A stretch of DNA of 64,000 nucleotides, taken from positions 398,567 to 462,566 of the forward strand of contig NW_003314325.1 of assembly GCF_000143415.4 (NCBI RefSeq), written 5' to 3'. The notes beneath the pieces are model-generated. The model had not been told where the DNA came from. It did not search any database and worked only from the letters and a program-made list of their open reading frames with translations. This document shows positions 1-11,253 of the stretch, in pieces; the stretch's first letter is position 1, and every line of letters starts with the position of its first letter. The position numbers and the translations under genes were made by a program. This DNA is from Selaginella moellendorffii (taxonomy: Eukaryota; Plantae; Lycopodiophyta).

Positions 1-3000
1 GCCGTATCAACATCCAAAGCAAATACAACCACAGGCTAGTATCTGATGAGTGGGTGGAGAAACTGAAGCAGAAGATGCTGGCAAGTCCAGTAACATCCGA
101 CATCGCAGACGTGATCCCCTACTACCAAACAATGAAGGGCAAGACGAGGTTTCCAGACTTGATCAATAGGAAGGTGTTGGACGATCAGAACATCCGGTTC
201 TATGCCGTCTCCGGGTAGCATTCTAGCTTGGCGATGCAAGAGATAGTTGTAGATATTATGGTGGGCGAGGAGGTGAAGAAAGTCTTCAAGACAAGAGTTG
301 TCCGCCTGATAAAAGGCAACTCGCCCCTCCGATCTATCATATACATCTCCCACGCGCAGAATGTCAAGCAAGAAACGTGCTACAAATCGGGTCTGCACGA
401 GACATTGGCACGAACACGGAAGCTCTGGGTTCAATTGAAGAAGCCACAAAAACCAGGACAAGGACGTGCACTAGCAACTAGCGCCTGGCAGGTAAGCCTC
501 GTTGCATGTGGCATAGCATGTGGCCTCACGCCATTTCCATTGCAGGAATTCTCGAGTCTTCTATCGAAAACACTGGGGGTCAATGACACACTCAACATCC
601 ATAACATTCTACTCGCGACAAAAGTTGTTTTTGACAAATGGGTAGATGTGCTGAGGAGGTACCATGACGGGGAGTTACTAAACTCAATGGGTGTGGAGGA
701 CGGCCAGAAGCCCAATGATTTGAAGCTCAACGCCTTGCGTTTCTCGCGGTCTCTAGATGGCGACGACCTTCTGACAGTGGCTAATGCTCTTCTACGTGGT
801 GAGGTAGTCTTCAACAAAACCAAAATGACTCCCGGCCATATTGTGACATACGAGGACTTGTGCATGACTCTGAGAGCTCATGCGCTATTGAAGGATTGGA
901 TCTTCGAGCAAGTGGCCGTGGAGAGGGTGAGCATCGACACCACACAAGAGATGATGGAAGTGCTGGATTTGTCAAATGAAGACATCGACGAGTACATGAA
1001 GGGGGCCCCCAAGTTCATCGATCTGCTGTGGGATGCCACGAAAAGTAAAGCTGAGAAGTTGGATCAGTATCCAAATTTCATTAAGAATGATGTCGACCGC
1101 CGGCTTCAGAAACAGCTCGACCCCGCAGCAGAGGCTTATCGAGAACCTTACCGGGTATACTTGAATTCGGATGAGGATCAAAGGTGGAGGAGCATCGTTT
1201 CCCGCAGAGATGAGCAGGTCAAGAACATCTTTTGTGTGATGGACTTCACAAACAAGGAGATCACTCATGCAGACGAAGTCAGCTCCATCATTGACTTAAT
1301 GGTGGGACTTGCGGAGGTGGAATCTTCAGTCCACTATATGATCTACGACTCCGAATCCTATCACAAGTTCTGGAAGGCCTTGAACGAGGTGAAGGCTTGG
1401 TTGAAAGGCAAGGAGATGCAGGAGATCCATGGGATAATGGCTAAGAAGAAGATACCGACGAATGTCCGCATCTTCACACTCGCCCTTGTTATTGGTCCTG
1501 CAGCAGAGTGGGACTGGAGTGACTTCCCAGCTTTGTTCGACAAGGCCGATCGAATTGATCTGAGGGAGGTCAATTTACCTGTGCCTGAGGAACTGAAGAC
1601 GGCTATGGAGCTTTCGAATCCAAAGAAAGCTCCAGGTGTAGCATGGGAAATGCTCAGCTGGGTCTCCAACGCAATAGCGGGTGGGTCACCTGCTTCCGAC
1701 TCCAAGGGCAAATGCGTTGTCGAGTACAACTGCGGCGGACTATTCTTTCGAGCCGCACTACTCAAGGGTGTCCCGTGTGTTGCGGTGACAAACTCCATTG
1801 AAGAGGTGACTTCAATGGAGCATATAATTACAGTTGCCAAAGAAAAACAGTATCTTCTCTGCGAACCTGGTGAGTACGCACTTTAAGTTTAAATGTTATC
1901 TCACAAGCTCTGTATGCAAGAGCGTGGCCACCCCCAGATGCTGAAACGGCGTTAACAGCTACTGTTGAAGATACCCATGTTGGGCCGAGCTCACAACCTG
2001 CACAAGGTAAGGTCACGTGAGGCCTCACGGCATTTTGATTATAGATTGTTGTGAATATTCACACACGAGGACTGAAAAGCGCACTGGTGGCGCGTCGAAG
2101 AAGGACAAACAGACAAGCAATAAGAAAAAAGGAGGTACAAATTATATTTGCAATGGCGTGTGGTCTCATGCCATTCCTTGCAGGAGACACTTCTTCAAAG
2201 GCAAAACAGGCAAGCACCAGCCAAGCTCAAACTGACAGTGGTCATAAAAAGCGAAAGCACGTTGGACAGTCGTCGGGATCAGAGGCGTTTGATTCGAAAA
2301 GGAAGAAGGGCAACGAAAAGATGATAGGTAATGCCTCACGGTTATGGCGTGTGTGCTCATGCCATTCATTGCAGATCAAGGGCTGAGTGAAAGCAGGCAG
2401 TCACCACCTCCTGACTCAGATTCCTATGGCGGACTCCCCTTCCCCAATCTCAATGGAGAGGTACAATGGATGAGGGATGCTTTTCAAGTCAGGGCCACGT
2501 TTTTTTCATTTCATCGTCTTCGAAGGGTGCAAGAACGTGCAGAAACCATGTTAAGACAGTCGGGTGAGGATACGGTCCTAGGTCACGCACTAAAACAGGC
2601 TATGGATGTCTTGTATTTTGAGATGGAGACTCGGCTAGATGATTTTCCTAAGATGGTCCTGGAAGAACAAGCCATCCAGCCTGAGCAGCCTATGGAAGAA
2701 ATGTAGGAGGGGGATGAGGAGCCAGAGAAAGATAATGAGCAGGAAAAGCAGAAGGACGAAGAGGAGGACAAAGAAGATGAGGACGAAGAAAAGGAGGACA
2801 AAGAGGACTTGGATGGTCCTCACAATGGTGACGATCACAATAATGACGACGACGATGATGACGACGATGGCCAGCCCAAGGTGGCCAAAGAGCAGTGGAG
2901 GAAGGTCATACAAGACAAACCATCAAGTAAATAATAGTACATCCATTCCTAACCTTTTACCATTTCTAACATTGTCCATGTAGGTCGCAGAGCAAATGGT

Positions 3001-3100
3001 AAGTAGAGATTATTCAGTTGAATTTACAAACTCTAGCCTTTAGTGTCGAGGAAGGATAGTGCCAAGCAAGGGTCGAAACGTATGTCCAATCCTTCAGAAT
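1..3100 (+). pseudogene. Spliced ParB/Srx-like + divergent DNA amino-methyltransferase-like protein with acidic tail; 5' end lies outside the window; disrupted by TAG stops
   Basis: Frame 3 from base 3 reads ...NHRLVSDEWVEKLKQKM...ADVIPY...RFYAVSG*HSSLAMQE (TAG 216-218) directly into ORF 228..1886, which has ISHAQN (ParB-like helix ending in N). Its C-terminal part NPKKAPG...GKCVVEYNCGGLFFRAALLKGVPCVAV resembles the SAM-binding end of N4C/N6A MTases. In-frame GT-AG intron 492-545, further short introns after ~1869, and a second TAG at 2704-2706 inside an E/D-rich run. Confidence 0.55.
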
Positions 3101-3176
3101 CAGCAGTGCGCCCAAGTGATATCGGTCCTAGTTCCTCAATAGCAATTGATGGTAAATACAGTATAGTCGATTCAAT

Positions 3177-3815
3177 GTGCTAATGAGTTTGTTTTTAGTA
3201 GCACGGGAGGATACCATCTCAATCGAAGGGAGATATTTGGACATGCATATGGATCCGCCAGTGGACTCTACTTGCCTACAAGAGTCATCAGAGCTGGTGG
3301 AGGCTACTATCCATATCAACGCCAAGCAAGCTGACCACGCTCCACTTGATGCTGCCCATACCACTGAGTCAATCTTGTCCACGTATCCAACTGACGGTGA
3401 CCAGGCGCCATTGGACCTGCATGAGGCCGCCCCAGCCGCCGAGCCGGTCGTATCCTCATTTCCAACGGACTCAACGTGTGCCCAATCGTCTAACTACGCG
3501 CCGTTGGAACCTCCCTACACCGCCCCTGCTGCCTGTTCGGTCATGTCCACTTTGCCAACGGAGGCACCAGCTGAAATGGCGTATGATCACACGCCATCAG
3601 AACCACCCCATGCCACTATTGAGCCAGTTGTACCAGAGTCTACAGTTGAAATGGCATGTGCCCACATGCCATCGGATGCGATTGACCCCACATTGCAGAG
3701 GAGAGTATTTCCGCCCTTCACGTTTCCTCGACCAAAACCCTCTCAACGACCATCGGGAGCACCATTCACTAATATTGTAGATGGTAAAATTGACTTGTAC
3801 CATTTTTTATGCTGA
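3177..3815 (+). CDS. Pro/Ala/Ser/Thr-rich low-complexity segment with internal repeats (probably an exon of the cassette or of the phosphatase gene)
   Basis: 212-aa ORF with repeated APL[DE]..[HY]...V[VM]S.[FLY]PT[DE] units; no catalytic motif. Confidence 0.4.
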   Translation: MLMSLFLVAREDTISIEGRYLDMHMDPPVDSTCLQESSELVEATIHINAKQADHAPLDAAHTTESILSTYPTDGDQAPLDLHEAAPAAEPVVSSFPTDSTCAQSSNYAPLEPPYTAPAACSVMSTLPTEAPAEMAYDHTPSEPPHATIEPVVPESTVEMACAHMPSDAIDPTLQRRVFPPFTFPRPKPSQRPSGAPFTNIVDGKIDLYHFLC

Positions 3816-4693
3816 CGCATTTCATTTCAAAGTCACGGCGAAGGTACTGTATCGTTTTTGATCTGAACGGTGTCCTTTTCTCCCATGAGCGTGGCTCGTC
3901 CTCGAATGTCACTACACCCTCCAAAGCCTGCAGTCGCAAGTTGGTCAAAAGAGACAGATTCACATTAATCACACGGGAGAAACTGCGGGATCTAATAATG
4001 ACCATGCGACACTTAAAACAGAGGGCCGGGTTCAATTTGCAATTGGGAGTTTGGACATCCATGATGCGCCACAATGCATTAACGTTGCTACAGATGATGC
4101 ACGATCAGACGCGAGTAATATTACCATTTGACTTTCTCCTAACGCAGGAGGATTGCTTGACTATGGTCCATGTGAGGGGTAGCAAGCCCATCTTCGTCAA
4201 GCCAGAGGCTGTAGTGATGAACCGGACTGCTAGGTCAAGTGAAATCCTCATCATCGATGACTCGCCGATTAAAACTGCAGCAAACACGCACACATATGTA
4301 GTGCACCCCATCTCTTGCAGTATGGAAACTAGGGAGAAGAAACCGTATGTTCTGGGGGACCTTGCAAAACGGCTTGGAGCGATGGTAATAGAGAACCGGC
4401 CAGTCCAAGAGGTGGCTGCAGAAATTAACCAAATGGCAGATGGAACGGTATATCAGAAGCCATTTGATCGGACAGACACCAGTCATCATTTATGGCATTT
4501 ATATTGTCTAGCCAAGCACTATCCGCATCTCCATAATCTGCTCAACCGAATGGGTTCTTCGACCACTGAACATGAGCGTGGACGTATTAGAGAAGAGATG
4601 GCATTACTATTGGGTTTAAATCCTGATAGTGTGAAGAGTGATGAAATTCCAAGATTATTGTATAGGCGTTGGAGGCAAAAAATAACAGTCTGA
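3809..4693 (+). CDS. FCP1/NIF-family (CTD-phosphatase-like) HAD phosphatase domain protein
   Basis: HAD motif I variant CIVFDLNGVL, motif II GVWTSM, LLTQEDC...KPIFVKP, motif IV ILIIDDSPIK; open for 294 codons. True start or splice junction unresolved. Confidence 0.8.
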   Translation: MLTHFISKSRRRYCIVFDLNGVLFSHERGSSSNVTTPSKACSRKLVKRDRFTLITREKLRDLIMTMRHLKQRAGFNLQLGVWTSMMRHNALTLLQMMHDQTRVILPFDFLLTQEDCLTMVHVRGSKPIFVKPEAVVMNRTARSSEILIIDDSPIKTAANTHTYVVHPISCSMETREKKPYVLGDLAKRLGAMVIENRPVQEVAAEINQMADGTVYQKPFDRTDTSHHLWHLYCLAKHYPHLHNLLNRMGSSTTEHERGRIREEMALLLGLNPDSVKSDEIPRLLYRRWRQKITV

Positions 4694-5139
4694 GATGGCA
4701 TGTATTTATTTAAAAATGTAACTTATTATGGCATGGGGTTCCATGCCATTGTATTAATATTAAAAGACAATTCTTTGAGAGGATTTGCATTATACTAGAA
4801 GTGTTACAGCATGTTATTGGAAGTCTACGAAGTTGTTTTATTAATAAGGGGAAAGTAAAGATTGAATGAGGACTTGGGCTCCACCTAGACTCGGAGCAAC
4901 TGAGCCAATATTAAAAGGATGGAAAGAAATTGGACAACGATGACAAGGAGAAGAGAGAGGTGAAGCAGTGGCAGGGGGAGGAGAAGTGATTGAGTAGACA
5001 TTTCCTTGTTTAAAATAAAATGGCATGTGCCTCAATGCAGTTGAATTTTGTTATATTTATATACTATATAAAGGTTTGGAAACCTTATTTTACAAGTGGG
5101 ATAATGACAATTCCCACTTTAACAAAATAGAGCTTAAGT

Positions 5140-5592
5140 AACAATTGCTTCCATCTTTACTATTATCTCTTATAAGAATGTGAACCCAAAGGATTTCTTG
5201 ATCCACAAGAGTGGAGAACCAAATATTGGTAAGAAAACCTTTGATATGGCTTGTGGATGCTGTAAAAATCCAATGTCCACCATGACAAGCCTAATATCAG
5301 AACAAGAAACAATCTGATCACTCTTAATTTGAACACAAGGAATATATTTATAACCTTATATTTGAGAATATTTTAGTCAAATAGTCAATAGTAAGTTTGT
5401 AAAAGGAGTAGTATAATAGAGAAAATGGTGTTTTAGGGATTGCTATGGGTACTAATTGTTTGGACAACATTTCGTTGAAATGGCAGAGATGTGGTATGGA
5501 AGAGCTTGATCAATCTATGCTTTCTCGAGTTCTAGAGTTAATAGATTTGCCAACTATACTACAGTGTTGAGGTGTATGTAAATTTTGGAAGT
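5140..5592 (+). repeat. ~450-bp diverged direct repeat, copy 1; ends in an F-box motif remnant
   Basis: Colinear with 7178-7630 (CATCTTTACTATTATCTC..., GATATGGCTTGT..., GAGAAAATGGTGTTTTA..., GATTTGCCAACTATA..., AATTTTGGAAGT). 5496 onward reads MEELDQSMLSRVLELIDLPTILQC*GVCKFWK. Confidence 0.85.
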
Positions 5593-7177
5593 GGACGATT
5601 AGCCTTGCATTGATGTACTCAACCATCCTAGAGATGCAATGAATAAACTCATCACTTAAGCCATATGGCATAGAATATTTAATATGTTAACCTAGTAATG
5701 ATTCCCTAATTTCTTGCTGACACAGTTTGGTCACTCTCTACTTGGTAGTGGCAACCTCACAATGTGAAACAAGTGCACACACATGACTTAGCCTCTCAAT
5801 GCACTAGAAATGCCGATATAGAATTTCCAAACATACTCACTCTAAGGTACTTAAGACACTAATAAAAGCACACTTGCTGTTTAAACAAAAGCACACACAT
5901 CCACATTTATAAAATGAATATGAACACACTTCAATCAAAGCCACATTTAATATACTATTAACCAACAAAACACTTTCTACTTTAAAGTACACTCCAAAAA
6001 ATGTTAAATACAAAAATCCTTGAGGGGTGGGATGAGCTCTGGCATAACTCTAAGTTTTTATTGCTTTCCACTCTTATTCTCTAGCTCCAAAATTCTTAAT
6101 ATTTTGAAATCTTTTGCATGTGTTTTAGCCTATTATTGTACCATCTTTGTCCTTGACCAAAATGTATATTTAATTTGCATCCTTATATATTGGTGAATTC
6201 CCTTTTAGAATTTTCATAGACACACTTCTAATCTTGTCACTTGAAGTTTTAATAGGAGGATTCCCCTCTAGAATCCTAACTAGGGATGCAATTCTGAAGG
6301 AAAATCCTTCAAAGACGTTTTTTCTTATGAACCAATGTCAAGGGTTCATAAAGCTTAGATTAAAGCTACTTGGGAATTATCTTTTACTAAATTCTTTGTT
6401 GCTACATGTTTTATCTTTATACTTGTACTTTTAGCCCTCTGTGCTCTAGTCCTAGCCTTAATGAGGACCATTTAGAACCTATCTAAACTTTTTTCACTCA
6501 AAAATTCTTTGTTAGCATCTTTACCACCTAACCCTTCATTATTTGATGAAGTTTTGAGCTCTTTAGATTGTGCCACAATCTCATAAACAAATAAGATATG
6601 TGCATCCTTTTTTTGTGCCTTCTATAGCCTTCATCTCTAGAAGCCTCTCTTAGGCATCTTTATTGTTGATGGCAACACTTATTCTTAATTGTTTGGGAGC
6701 CCCTTTCCTTTTCTTGAGATGAGAATTTGCCTTCTCCTTGATCACTTGTTCGACTTGGATAAAAAAGAAATTTAGAGAAAGAGAATCAATAGAATGGATT
6801 TACACACCTCACTGAATTTAATGGGCAATCCACTGGCTAGTCAATGCGCTCATTCTTTGCCCATCTTTGCAGCCTCATCCATGATTTGGTCCATTGGGAT
6901 TCTCTCACTGTTGTTGTTGCTGCTACCACTTTTGTTACTCCCACTTTTGTTGCTCCCACCCTTGCTTAACTTAGAATCTTTCCACAAGTGATATACCTCA
7001 ATAGGCTTACTTATAATCTAACTAATAGCCTTGTAAAGATGATTCATCCTTCTTTTCTTGCAAACACAATTCCTCTTTTCTCTAGAAAACTTAGAAGAAA
7101 ATGAGTGAGCAGGAATTTAAATGAAATGAGAATCTAGTGATGACAAACAATTCAAATTTGTTATGTATTTATAGGTA

Positions 7178-7630
7178 ACAATCACTTGCATCTTTACTAT
7201 TATCTCCCATAAGAATGTGAACTCAAGGGATTTCCTGATTCACAAGAATGGAGAATTTTGATTATTTACCAAAGATTGGCAAAAAAGATTTTGATATGGC
7301 TTGTAGATGCTATAAAATTCAATGTCCATGATGACAAGTCTAAAATCATAACACAATCTGATCGCTCTTAATTTGGCATTGAACACAAGGAATATGCTTA
7401 TGACCTCATATTCAAGAATATTTTAATCAAATAGTCAATGATAAATTAGTAACAAGTAATAGAGAAAATGGTGTTTTAAGGATTGGTATTAATTGTTTGG
7501 ACGATGTTTTGTCGAAACAACAATGATGCAATATGGAAAAGTTTGATCAACTTGTGCTTTCTTAAATTGTAGAATTAACAGATTTGCCAACTATATTACA
7601 ATGCCCAAGGTATATGCAAATTTTGGAAGT
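7178..7630 (+). repeat. ~450-bp diverged direct repeat, copy 2
   Basis: Same blocks as 5140-5592. Confidence 0.85.
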
Positions 7631-8750
7631 AAACAATCAATACCGCAAGTTTGTAGTGTGGTGCCCCATCTCTGGCAGATGCTTCAACTTCCCAAGCTTT
7701 GGACGCATCCCAGCAGCAGCCAGCACACGCACCGCCAGGTTTGTGGCCTCGTCCGCAGGGCTTGTTCTCAGCCTCGTCGACCATGGGCGGAAGATGGTGG
7801 CGTGGAATCCTTTGTCTGGCGCCGTGGAGGAGCTGAATCCCAGCACGACTGAAGGCTTCGAGTCGAAGACGATCACATGACAGCAGGCTTTCTCGGACGA
7901 ATTCCTGGTGATCCACGACTCAGTCGCCGGCTGCTGCAGCGTCTTCAGTCCCCCAACAAGGTTTCCGGCCCAGAGATCCAGAATGGTGGTGGCGGACGAG
8001 GGGGTGACGAGCGCGACACATATCGGGACTAGCAATGGGCGGCGGATTGGAGTGTGTATCAATCACCGGGAGATTGTTGTGCAGGAGTACAAGGAGAAGA
8101 CGACATTGCGGAGGAGGTGAGGCAGTGGCAAGAGTCGGAGATGAAAGAGGCCGCGAAGCTAGAGAGAATGGATAAGAAGCTATGGGAGATAGTGGCACGA
8201 ATGAGCGACGAGGAAGTAGAGGAAGCCAGGAAACGAATGGAAGCGCGGGAGCGTGAGGAAATGAATAATTGCGAGGAAGACGAGGAGGAGGAGGAAGCGT
8301 ACAAGATCGAGGAATTGGGAAAGCTGGAGTTTGCAAAGGATCTCAAGAAGCATCCCTGTACGATACATGTTGCAAGCTTGGAGAATTTGATCTTGATCTC
8401 TGGAGGGGCGCTGAGTAGTAGCACTGCTCTAGTGTTTAACCTGGAGGATTTGACACGTGAGCTCAATTTTGAGCTCGCGAGCTCAAAACACTGGAGCTTG
8501 CGTTCATATCTAGCTATGCAATGGAAGTGCTGACGCTAAGGTCCAAGTTCAGTCTTTCAGCGAGAGGGAGGTTTGAAGCTCATATGTCCAGCTCTAAACG
8601 CGTTCTCTACTTTGTCACTCGAGCCTTGGAGCGGTGGAAACGCCGCGGCTGCCGGGGGAGCAAAGTTTGATATGCTGCTTGCGTTTGGATTCGTAGAAGA
8701 CATCTACAAGATGAAAGAAAGGAGACACTGCTGTGACAGCCCCGAGATAA
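7533..8750 (+). pseudogene. F-box protein pseudogene (F-box motif followed by F-box-associated-like region)
   Basis: MEKFDQLVLS*IVELTDLPTILQC/(frameshift)ICKFWK, then FVASSAGLVLS...MVAWNPLSG typical of plant F-box C-terminal domains; several frameshifts and stops. 3' limit uncertain. Confidence 0.55.
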
Positions 8751-9937
8751 TGAAGTTTGTACCTGTGGATTCATTTGGAACGAACTTGGATTCGCAAAGC
8801 CGGTGGCGGACGACGGTGGCGCTCCCCGGGGATCAAACTCGTCAAAACCCTCGTCCACTGGAATGGAAGATCGCATGGCTTCCTCGTAACTTGGTGGAGG
8901 TCCTCGGCTGCTGGCAAAGTTTTCAGGAGATCCTCCCTGTGTTGAAGTAGAACTCGATGATTGTTGAGACCACTCTTGTTGCTGCATTGGCTTTTGCCAA
9001 TCGTCGTCTTCTAATCGACCGGAAGGTTTCTCCGCGGCTGGATTTGATCCAACGCCTTGGTACCTGAAATTACAAGTCTAGTGTAGTCGAAAGCATTGTA
9101 GTCGAAAGTATAAAAGGAGGAAGAACTTACTTGTTCTTGTTGACCGCGGCTTTTTTACGAACATCGTTTATCCTCTGCCTGTCATTTAGCAACGCAACCA
9201 TGGTTTCTGCCTTTTTTCTCACATTGATCCCCTGATCTTTCCCGCTTGGCTGCTCAACGTATTGGAATTCCGTAAGTGGCTGCTCTGGAATCAAAAACGA
9301 GGATGATTAATCAGAAACTGGGAGAAAGAGAAACATGGAGTCATAAATTTCCTTGCCATAAGTTGAGACAAGAAGCTGATAACACTCTCGACTGCTTGCG
9401 GTGATCCGTTTGCGACCAGAAACTCCATAACCGTCATGCTCTGGAGTATCACAAAGTTTTAGCCGTCATAGAGCCGTGACAAAAAACAAAAGAAAGAAAA
9501 ACAAAGAAACGCAACCTTGTAAACATGCCTCCAGTTTTTCCCTGTGTCGAGAAGGCGCTTTTGAAGAACTCCCATTATAAGTTGCAGCTCATTCCTGGAA
9601 GAGAAAGTAAACGAGCACACTCCTTAAGAAAGAAAGGAGAAAGAATGGAAGCTCTTCTTACGGGTCAACAGTGGCATCAGCTATTTCAGTCATGAGAGAT
9701 CCATGCGGTCCCCAAGGCTCATTGCTCGTAGCTTCTTGGACCTACAATCGAGCAATCTCTTCAGAAAATCGCTGCCAAACGGAGAAAAATCCCTACCTTG
9801 ATCTCGATCTCGGGCAGCCTAAACTTGTTCACCTCTCTCTTCCTGCGTAGCGGAGCTCCATCAAGGAGGAGAAAAATCGCGCAAAAGAATGCTTACAGCT
9901 CGCGCACCGTCTGACCGAACGCCTTCTTGAACGCCAT
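8607..9937 (-). CDS. ENTH-domain clathrin adaptor (epsin), multi-exon
   Basis: Spliced reading [20 protein letters not shown]...[25 protein letters not shown].../...GKNWRHVYK/...[20 protein letters not shown]..., with C-terminal PPSYEEA and DEFDPRG motifs; GT-AG introns. 3' end approximate. Confidence 0.92.
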
Positions 9938-10102
9938 CGCGCCGATCGAATGGAACCCTAGGCGCTCTCTCCCGTCGCACGTCTTTCCCCCCAAGGCCAC
10001 AGAAAGCAAAAATAGAATTTCAAAGCAACGTGACCGTTCAACAAGCCCTAGAAAAGCAAACGTGGAATCTCACGGGTATATTCCCCCATCCATCATCGCA
10101 AA

Positions 10103-10175
10103 GCTCTCGTGGTCTAACGGACAAGGCATTTGACTTCTAATCAAGGGATTGTGGGTTCGAATCCCACCGGGAGTG
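10103..10175 (+). tRNA. trnR-TCT: tRNA-Arg(TCT)
   Basis: 73-nt cloverleaf GCTCTCG...CGGGAGT-G; anticodon stem TTTGA/TCAAG with loop CT-TCT-AA; T-loop GGTTCGAATCC. Confidence 0.93.
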
Positions 10176-10230
10176 AGTGGCCTGGCCTTCCAATGAAAAA
10201 AAGAATCTATTTGGTTGTTCTTCGTCTCTT

Positions 10231-10903
10231 TTATTTACTCTTGCAGCACTCTTGGATGTTGGAACACGACTTTGATCGCCCCAGCGTATTGGGCGCGGCC
10301 TTCCATTTCCCAGCTTTGTCCCTCCTCGCTCGCGATGCCTCCGCCTCAGCATAAGACTCTGCAAGAAAATCCATCGATCATGAGCAAAGAAATGAAAAAT
10401 TCCTCCACGAGTTCCCCAAGAACAGAGCATCCCAAAGAACCCAAGACATTTCGATCGAGAAGAAGCTTACCAGTGAAATCATCTACGCCAGGATCCGTGA
10501 CGAACGTCTTGGTCCTTCCATGCCAAGGCCCGGGCTCCGTCTGATTCGCTGGGTGCGATGGAATAGGCAGCCGGAGCATATGCGTCACGTCCGATCCACA
10601 CACCGGGTGATAGAAATTGTCGTCGGGATTGACCCGCTTGATCTTGGGCTGGATCCAATCCGTGACATTGCTGGTCCGGAGGCCATAGTATGGATCGGGG
10701 GCGTCCTTGAGCTTGGGATCGTAGGCGTGGCTGGGCGTGGGGAGATGGACGTAGCTGGTTACCTCGGTGGTGGAGATCCCATGGAACTGGTTCTCGTGCC
10801 GCCGATCCACCTTGGGCTCCACTTGCTTCATCCGCGGCTTCTGGTGCGAGTAGTCGGTCACGGCGGATTTCTGGCGGCACACATTGCCGCTGCTGTCGCC
10901 CAT
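10231..10903 (-). CDS. Uncharacterised two-exon protein with three short internal repeats
   Basis: ATG at 10903; GC-rich exon 1 to a GTAAG donor near 10470; TTGCAG acceptor near 10358; exon 2 ESYAEAEASRARRDKAGKW...CCKSK* ending at TAA 10231. Confidence 0.65.
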
Positions 10904-11253
10904 TGCTATCAATTGATCGCGCGCGCGCTCCGCGCCGCTCGCCCGATCGATCGATCCTTGGCTAGATTCACGGACTCGCTCGATTCCTGTTCTTTCTCAT
11001 CGCTTTGCCCTAAACCGGTGCCGCCCGGCGCATCGCCGCCTTCCACCAGTCTGTTCTGTGAACTAAATTTTGAAATCGAAAGGGCGCCGCCATCGTGGCC
11101 CTACAAGTGGACGGTGGCCGCTGGCCTCGAATGAAAACCCGCCACGTGTCATAGAGGAATGACACCCTGGTCGAAGCATATTTTGTCGAATATACCCTAG
11201 GTTTAGGGCTTTCTAGCAGCCGGCGCCAGAAAGAACAGCAGCGGAGATCCAAG

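Noticed and set aside
5170-5300. Minus-strand ACHGGHWIF, suggestive of a Ulp1 protease or integrase zinc finger
   Set aside because: No supporting catalytic residues; the + strand F-box reading explains the repeat better.
6000-7100. Minus-strand K/E/S/N-rich coding remnant
   Set aside because: Too degraded to assign.
8573-8950. + strand ORF overlapping the epsin 3' exon as a separate antisense gene
   Set aside because: The distal part is the shadow of conserved epsin motifs; the proximal part may be F-box pseudogene tail.
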